Assembly (NCBI GenBank): GCA_963777505.1
Contig: CAVZQN010000004.1
Coordinates: forward strand, 1,312,001-1,376,000
Origin: an uncultured bacterium
Lineage (GTDB): Bacteria > Acidobacteriota > HRBIN11 > JAKEFK01
DNA: 64,000 nt
Direction: 5' to 3'
The notes below the pieces were generated by a model. It ran no database searches. It saw only the letters and a list, made by a program, of their open reading frames with translations, and was not told the DNA's origin. The translations under genes and the position numbers were made by a program. Below are positions 57,492-64,000 of this stretch, in pieces (position 1 is the stretch's first letter; each line of letters opens with the position of its first letter).

Positions 57492-57914
57492 ATGGCAATG
57501 GCAACAAGTAGTAAAAGCCATCTGAATGCGGATATCAATGTAACTCCCCTAGTTGATGTTGTGCTGGTGCTGCTGATCATTTTTATGGTCCTAACTCCGT
57601 TGATGCAACTGGGCTATGACGTGAATGTTCCCCCCAAGAAAACTGCATTAGCATCGGAAGTTACTTCCAAACAGCAGCTCATTGTTACCCAGATAGAACC
57701 TGGTAAGGTTTATCTAAACAGGGAACAAATCGACGTTGGCCAGTTGCCGATTCGATTAACTGAGATTCTAAAAACCCGTAATGATAAAACCGTATTTTTT
57801 TCGGCGGATGATGAATTGAATTATGGTGCCGTCATGGCAACCATGGATATCATTCGTAATTCAGGCGCTGAAAAAATCGGAATCATTACTGAAAAAGTGT
57901 CTATCCCTTCGTAA
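57492..57914 (+). CDS. exbD: Second ExbD/TolR family protein
   Basis: DINVTPLVDVVLVLLIIFMV, ADD...YG.VM..MD. Confidence 0.9.
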   Translation: MAMATSSKSHLNADINVTPLVDVVLVLLIIFMVLTPLMQLGYDVNVPPKKTALASEVTSKQQLIVTQIEPGKVYLNREQIDVGQLPIRLTEILKTRNDKTVFFSADDELNYGAVMATMDIIRNSGAEKIGIITEKVSIPS

Positions 57915-57936
57915 TCAACTAAAGCGTTTATTATCG

Positions 57937-57964
57937 GGGCATCCGTTTCCAGGATGCCCTTTTT
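57937..57964 (+). terminator. Rho-independent terminator
   Basis: GGGCATCC-gtttcca-GGATGCCC followed by a T run. Confidence 0.8.
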
Positions 57965-58071
57965 CTATGTAAGATTAACCGCAAAGGCGCCAAGGAAATC
58001 TTTGTGTCTTTGCGGTTCAGAATTCTTATGGTAGAATCGGGCACTTCAAAAATTCCAATCGGAGCGACAAC

Positions 58072-60490
58072 ATGCAATTGCCACGGATGCGCATTGCCCT
58101 AATACTGACTGCACTTATATTTTTAGCCCCTTGTTCACTTTTCGCGAGTGAAGCAGACTTAATTATTCCGGAATTAAGCTCCGTTAAGTTTCAAGGCGTA
58201 TCTGGATACGATCTTCTGCTTGCCGGTTTATTCGTTTGTGTTCTTGGAATGTTATTTGGATTCATGATGTACAGGCAATTGAAAGCAATGCCAGTTCATA
58301 GTTCAATGCGTGAAATTTCAGAGCTGATTTACGAGACCTGCAAAACATATCTCATTACTCAAGGAAAATTCATTTTGCTCCTTGAGATATTGATCGGGAT
58401 TATCATCCTGTTTTATTTCCGCGCGCTTCGTCATTTCGCATGGGACCGAGTGCTGATTATTCTGGCCTTCAGTCTTGTTGGTATTGCCGGAAGTTATGGT
58501 GTTGCCTGGTTCGGAATTCGAATCAATACATTTGCAAACTCCCGCGCAGCCTTCGCCTCTCTTACTGGCAAGCCCTATCCGACTTATGACATTCCATTAA
58601 AAGCCGGGATGAGCATCGGCATGCTTCTGATTGCAACTGAACTTGTAATCATGCTTGCGATTCTGTTGTTTATCCCGCGTGATTATGCGGGACCTTGTTT
58701 CATAGGATTTGCAATCGGGGAATCGCTGGGCGCTGCTGCATTACGTATCGCAGGTGGAATCTTTACGAAGATCGCCGATATCGGTTCAGATTTAATGAAA
58801 ATCGTCTTCAACATTAAAGAAGATGATGCTCGAAACCCTGGAGTCATTGCAGATTGTACGGGTGATAATGCTGGAGATTCAGTGGGTCCTACTGCCGATG
58901 GATTTGAGACTTATGGAGTTACCGGAGTCGCACTGATCACATTCATATTGCTCGCAGTCAACGAAAGAGTTGCAGGAGTCAATTACGAATCGATCCAGGT
59001 CCAACTGTTGGTTTGGATCTTCGTAATGCGCATCATGATGATTCTGACAAGCGGAATTTCGTATGGAATCAATCAAATCATCGCAAAAGCACGATTTGGA
59101 AATGCCGATCACATGAATTTTGAAACGCCTCTGACGACACTCGTTTGGCTTACTTCAATTGTTTCGGCAGTCGTTACCTATGCCGTTTCGTACGTTCTGA
59201 TTCCGGATCTTGGTGATGGAACATTATGGTGGAAGCTTTCCACAATCATTTCATGTGGTACCCTGGCTGGAGCTATCATTCCAGAATTGGTAAAGGTCTT
59301 TACATCGACAGATTCAGGGCATGTGAGAGAAGTCGTTATTGCATCCCGTGAGGGTGGCCCTTCGCTCAACATTTTGTCAGGATTTGTAGCTGGCAATTTC
59401 AGCGCATACTGGATGGGTATTGCAATCGTCATACTGATGGGAATTGCATACTGGATCAGCACTCTTGGACTGAGTATGAATGTGCTCATGGTAGCACCTG
59501 CCGTATTTGCCTTTGGTCTGGTTGCCTTTGGTTTTCTTGGTATGGGCCCTGTCACGATCGCTGTGGATTCCTATGGCCCTGTTACGGACAATGCTCAATC
59601 TGTCTTTGAACTCTCCGTCATTGAACAGCTACCAGGCATTGTAGAAGAAATCAAAAAAGATTTTGGTTTTGAACCAAAATTCGAAAAAGCCAAAAAATAT
59701 CTGGAAGAAAATGATGGTGCTGGCAATACATTCAAGGCAACTGCAAAGCCCGTATTAATTGGGACCGCTGTGGTCGGCGCAACAACATTGATTTTCTCGA
59801 TCATCATGGTGTTAACGAATGGACTCACTGCCGATCTGGAAAAGCTTTCTTTATTGTATTCGCCGTTTCTTCTTGGACTCGTCACCGGCGGCGCCATTAT
59901 TTATTGGTTTACGGGTGCAGCAACACAGGCTGTCGCAACTGGCGCTTATAGGGCGGTCGAGTTTATTAAAAAGAACATAAGGCTTGATTCTGACGCCCCA
60001 AAGGCCTCGGTTGAAGATAGCAAAAAGGTCGTTGAAATTTGCACACAGTATGCCCAGCGCGGCATGTTCAATATTTTCTTAACCGTCTTTTTTTCGACTC
60101 TAGCTTTTGCATGTTTAGAGCCTTACTTCTTCATCGGTTATCTGATTTCAATTGCATTATTCGGTCTTTATCAGGCGATTTTCATGGCCAATGCAGGAGG
60201 CGCCTGGGATAATGCAAAAAAGATTGTGGAAGTGGAACTCAATCAGAAAGGTACGCCGCTTCATGCCGCCACAGTCGTTGGAGATACCGTTGGAGATCCT
60301 TTCAAAGATACATCTTCAGTTGCGATGAATCCGGTCATAAAATTCACGACACTCTTTGGATTGCTTGCGGTTGAACTTGCAATCGAGATGCCGCAAGAAT
60401 ACAACAACTATAATGGCTGCGATTTTCTTTCTCATTTCTGTCATCTTTGTATGGCGTTCCTTCTACGCAATGCGTATTAAGACCGCCTGA
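58072..60490 (+). CDS. hppA: Membrane-bound cation-translocating pyrophosphatase; C-terminal frameshift near 60394
   Basis: GGIFTKIADIGSDL, EDDARNPGVIAD..GDN.GD, DSYGPVTDNA, GNTFKA, GGAWDNAKK, GDTVGDPFKDTS; last TM helix (AAIFFLISVIFVWRSF) lies in the +1 frame and ends at TGA 60490. Confidence 0.93.
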
Positions 60491-60522
60491 TCATTCACCT
60501 TACGTAAATCGTCCCTAAGTTC

Positions 60523-60556
60523 TTGACATCAGTTAACCTGTTGTCATAATAACAGG
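60523..60556 (+). promoter_or_regulatory. Putative promoter with an overlapping palindromic operator
   Basis: TTGACA-16 nt-CATAAT; CCTGTT-gtcataat-AACAGG inverted repeat spans the -10. Confidence 0.5.
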
Positions 60557-60592
60557 CAGTTCACGGTCATCTTCCATTTCTAAGAGGAGCAC

Positions 60593-62446
60593 ATGGCTGA
60601 AAAAGAACGGTGGGGTTCTCGACTCGGTCTGGTCCTTGCCGCTGCCGGAAATGCTGTAGGCATCGGTAATCTTCTTCGTTTTCCATCACAGGCCGCCAAC
60701 AATGGCGGTGGCGCCTTCATGATTCCATATCTTGTTTCTCTTTTGGTTTTTGGATTGCCCATGATGTACGTTGCATGGTCAGTCGGCCGATTTGGAGGGA
60801 AGCATGGTCATAGTACTTTGCCAGGAATGTTCGATAAGATGTGGAAAAACCGTTCATCGAAATATCTTGGCGTTCTTGGGCTGGCTCTGCCCCTTCTGTT
60901 TTGTCTCTATTACACATATATAGAAGCATGGTGTTTGGGATATGCATGGTTTTCTCTGACCGGTGCATTTGTTAACAAGCCCGGTCATACAGTTGATCTT
61001 GCAGTATTTTTCAATGAATTTCTCGGAAACGCAGCATCTCACTCTTATTTTTCTGGGTTACAAGTTGCTCTGGTATTTCTTCTCATAACGATTGCGTTAA
61101 ATATCTGGGTGTTGGGCCGGGGAATCGCAAGAGGAATTGAACTTCTTGCGAAAATCGCTATGCCGGCACTGTTAGTTTTTTGCCTTCTTCTTTCAATCCG
61201 CGTCCTAACGCTGGGAAAATTGGAAGGCACCGCAATGGATGGTTTGAATTTTCTATACACACCCGACTTCAGCAAGTTAACAAATTTCAATACCTGGATG
61301 GCCGCTGCAGGACAGATTTTCTTTACGCTTTCCATAGGATTTGGATCGATGGAATGTTACGCCAGTTATGTGCGGGCAAAAGAGGATATCGCATTGGCCA
61401 GTACTACAACAGCCGCTACAAATGAATTCGTCGAAGTTATTTTCGGAAGCATGATCGCAATTCCGGCTGCAGCAATTTTCTTTGGCCCTGCAATGATTAC
61501 AACTATTGCAAGTACCGGATCATTTTCAATCGGCATGATCTCAATGCCTGAAATTTTAAGAAATTTTCCATTTTTGCAGTTCTTTGGAACAATCTGGTTC
61601 TTGCTGCTTTTCTTTGCCGCTTTCACAAGCTCTGTTGCGGTCGCTCAACCGATCATTGCTTTTCTTGAAGATGAAGCAAAACTCAGCAAAAAAGTAGCAT
61701 CGGCCATCGTAGGGATGATCTGGTTTCTTGGAACAATTCCAATCATCTATTTCTACAAATATGGTGTATTTGATGAATTCGATTACTGGGCCGGAACAAT
61801 CGGACTTGTTGTGGTCGCAATTGTAGAAATATTTATTTTTTCTTACATCTTCGGGGTGGACCGCGGCTGGAAGGAATTACATGAAGGTGCGCTGATTAAA
61901 ATTCCGCGTTTTTTCAAGTTCATAATGAAGTATGTTACACCGGTTGCGCTGCTGATTGTTTTTATTGGATGGGCGACCAATCCGAGCATGCCAGCAGACA
62001 AGGCCTTGATTTGGAATGTTGCGGACAGAGCCTCTTTTCCCGGAAATTTCATACATAAACCAACCGATAAAACACAAGAAATTCAGTCAAAGATTTATGA
62101 AGCAGTAGGAAAACAGAAACGTGATTTGACTGGATGGGCCGAAGCCGACTTAAGCGCAGATGGAAGTGTTCGTGTGACTGGGTTTACAGGTGATTCAGCT
62201 TTTCATGGTGTTTTAGATGCGAAAGTTCTGGAAGATTGGTTACTTTCACAGAATTTCCGGTATGAAGAAAGTCGTCAGCCAGCGTCCGCAAAGGTTACAA
62301 TTGGAATTGAAGCGATTTATCGTACTCCATATATATGGCTTGCGCGAATGATCATGGTTTTCTTTTTCGTGCTTTTCCTTGTGCTTATAGGAACGATATG
62401 GAAACAGCATCATTCCTCTAAGCCTGCTACCGGAGGTGTTCAATGA
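60593..62446 (+). CDS. Sodium-dependent transporter, neurotransmitter:sodium symporter (NSS/SNF) family
   Basis: ERWGSRLG..LA.AGNAVG.GN..RFP..A..NGGGAFMIPY, AAGQIFFTLS.G, FFAA.TSS. Confidence 0.93.
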   Translation: MAEKERWGSRLGLVLAAAGNAVGIGNLLRFPSQAANNGGGAFMIPYLVSLLVFGLPMMYVAWSVGRFGGKHGHSTLPGMFDKMWKNRSSKYLGVLGLALPLLFCLYYTYIEAWCLGYAWFSLTGAFVNKPGHTVDLAVFFNEFLGNAASHSYFSGLQVALVFLLITIALNIWVLGRGIARGIELLAKIAMPALLVFCLLLSIRVLTLGKLEGTAMDGLNFLYTPDFSKLTNFNTWMAAAGQIFFTLSIGFGSMECYASYVRAKEDIALASTTTAATNEFVEVIFGSMIAIPAAAIFFGPAMITTIASTGSFSIGMISMPEILRNFPFLQFFGTIWFLLLFFAAFTSSVAVAQPIIAFLEDEAKLSKKVASAIVGMIWFLGTIPIIYFYKYGVFDEFDYWAGTIGLVVVAIVEIFIFSYIFGVDRGWKELHEGALIKIPRFFKFIMKYVTPVALLIVFIGWATNPSMPADKALIWNVADRASFPGNFIHKPTDKTQEIQSKIYEAVGKQKRDLTGWAEADLSADGSVRVTGFTGDSAFHGVLDAKVLEDWLLSQNFRYEESRQPASAKVTIGIEAIYRTPYIWLARMIMVFFFVLFLVLIGTIWKQHHSSKPATGGVQ

Positions 62447-62580
62447 ACCTGAGCGCTATTCTTTTCATTGTTGTATTTTGGGGAGCACTCATTCTATTGA
62501 CGTTCTGGTGTTTTTATAAAATGCTAAAAGCACCAGCTATGGGTATTGAAGATGAACCTGAAGTGCCCTTTACCCCATGA
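62443..62580 (+). CDS. Small single-TM protein coupled to the NSS gene (MetS-like small subunit; not in the ORF track)
   Basis: 45-aa MNLSAILFIVVFWGALILLTFWCFYKML...; GGAGG SD; ATGA overlap with the NSS stop. Confidence 0.7.
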   Translation: MNLSAILFIVVFWGALILLTFWCFYKMLKAPAMGIEDEPEVPFTP

Positions 62581-62589
62581 GGTTTTATA

Positions 62590-62654
62590 GTAGGGGCGGG
62601 TCTAAGACCCGCACTCGCAACATTTGCGCGCGCGGGTCTAAGACGCGCCCCTAC
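62590..62654. repeat. GTAG-type REP doublet (degenerate)
   Basis: GTAGGGGCGGGTCTAAGACCCGC...GCGGGTCTAAGACGCGCCCCTAC. Confidence 0.85.
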
Positions 62655-62663
62655 TTCAAATAA

Positions 62664-64000
62664 ATGTCATTACTCAGGCTTCCCGCTCAGATAGCTCTTC
62701 GCCTCAACAACTGGACATCACGCTGGATTCCCAGCGCATTTTCAATTGCCGTTCTGCTGACACTTTTCACTCTTGCCTTCGCTGTTGTTGCAACCGATAA
62801 AAGCCTCACTGATTGCATCCGCTTTTGGGGTGATGGATTTTGGGAACTTCTTGCTTTTAGCATGCAAATGACCTTGATCATGGTTACCGGTTACATCATG
62901 GTTGTGTCGCCAGTCATGAATCGTTTACTTCGCTGGGTTGCGTCCATTCCAAAAACACCGACCGGTGCAGTTGCGCTTACTGCTTTTGTGTCTATGATGC
63001 TCGCCTGGCTCAACTGGGGTTTGAGCATCATCGGATCTGCGATTCTAGTAAAGTACATGGCACGTCAACACAGAGATGTTGATTACAGGCTTCTTGTAGC
63101 TGTCGCGTATTTTGGGATGGGATGTACCTGGCATGCCGGACTCTCCGCTTCAGCTCCTGTGCTTGTAGCAACGCCCAAACATTTTATGGAAGCTGAAATC
63201 GGAATTATTCCGCTATCCCAAACTATTTTTCATCCATTTAATCTTGTTTCTGCTGTGATTGTGATTGCAACAATGACTATAGTTGCGGCGATGCTTCACC
63301 CGAAGAATATTCATGAACGGAGGTTAATAGATCCGGAAAAACTGGAGAGCGTTGGGGTATTTGTACCACCTGAACTTGAAAAGAAATCGAGGTTTAATTT
63401 TGCAGATTTTATCGATTACAAATATCTTCTGAATTTCATTCTTGGCATTTTGGGAATTGTTTGGCTGTTCTTGAATTTCTCGGCGCGAGGCTGGCAAGGA
63501 ATCACGATCAATACTGTAAATTTTTGTTTTCTAACACTTGGTATTTTGCTTCACCCATCGCCTGCTTCTGTTTTAAAAGCTGCAGCCGAATCAGGATCGA
63601 CAATTTATAACATCGTTCTGCAGTTTCCTTTCTACTCTGGAATGTATGGAATTATCAAAGGCTCAGGCCTATCGGATGTTATTGGAGATGCATTTGTAAA
63701 GATTGCCGGACCAAAAACTTTTCCGTTAATTGTTTATTGGTATTCGGGGATTGTTAATTATTTTGTTCCGTCAGGTGGTTCTAAATGGGCCGTTGAAGCC
63801 CCTTACATTGTAGATGCTGCCAAGAGTCTCGGAGTTTCTTTCAATCAAGTTGTTATGGCTTATGCATGGGGAGATATGATGACCGATTTATTGCAACCTT
63901 TTTGGGCGATTCCATTGTTAACCGCAGCTGGAATTGAATTCAAAGAAATCCTGGGTTACGAAATGATCGCCTTCTTGATATATGCTCTGCTGGTTTCTGT
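62664..64000 (+). CDS. atoE: Short-chain fatty acid transporter AtoE/TIGR00366 family (3' truncated by the window end)
   Basis: WGDGFWELLAFSMQM, DYRLLVA, WHAGLS.SAP, QFPFY.G, N.FVPSGG.KW.VE.P, AYAWGD..T.LLQPFWAIP. Confidence 0.88.
   Translation, partial: MSLLRLPAQIALRLNNWTSRWIPSAFSIAVLLTLFTLAFAVVATDKSLTDCIRFWGDGFWELLAFSMQMTLIMVTGYIMVVSPVMNRLLRWVASIPKTPTGAVALTAFVSMMLAWLNWGLSIIGSAILVKYMARQHRDVDYRLLVAVAYFGMGCTWHAGLSASAPVLVATPKHFMEAEIGIIPLSQTIFHPFNLVSAVIVIATMTIVAAMLHPKNIHERRLIDPEKLESVGVFVPPELEKKSRFNFADFIDYKYLLNFILGILGIVWLFLNFSARGWQGITINTVNFCFLTLGILLHPSPASVLKAAAESGSTIYNIVLQFPFYSGMYGIIKGSGLSDVIGDAFVKIAGPKTFPLIVYWYSGIVNYFVPSGGSKWAVEAPYIVDAAKSLGVSFNQVVMAYAWGDMMTDLLQPFWAIPLLTAAGIEFKEILGYEMIAFLIYALLVS

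Noticed and set aside
3210-60490. Alternative genetic code or programmed frameshifting as the cause of split genes
   Set aside because: All three stop codons end genes normally and the shifts lack a shared slippery motif; scattered indel errors are the simpler explanation

Overview
A chromosomal, mostly housekeeping window from a diderm bacterium, most likely Acidobacteriota (inferred from the GWxTD-like protein, FecR/DUF6600 protein and GGVxGG-type TonB). It contains rsmD, rpsP-khpA-rimM-trmD-rplS-rnhB followed by a large SgmX-like TPR protein, an MscS-cNMP channel, a System I* cytochrome c maturation operon (CcmE with CxxxY), yicC-remA-gmk-rpoZ-coaBC-udg-priA, dprA-topA-trmFO-xerC and an AMIN amidase. 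A pilMNOPQ operon is followed by three uncharacterised lipoproteins (two with Cys-bracketed Ig/PKD domains), then a TPR gene, an MglC-like roadblock gene and accBC. The window ends with a TPR-TonB-ExbB-ExbD-ExbD operon, a membrane pyrophosphatase, an NSS transporter and a partial atoE. I found no rRNA, tRNA, CRISPR array, transposase or prophage. The best candidates for an undescribed system are the pilQ-linked lipoprotein trio, the Myxococcus-like polarity genes, a five-copy ~97-bp non-coding tandem array and a TonB_C-like insertion in the NSS transporter. Several single-base frameshifts (ccmC, thiE, hppA, possibly trmD) suggest indel errors in the assembly. All product calls come from motif recognition by eye; no database searches were run.
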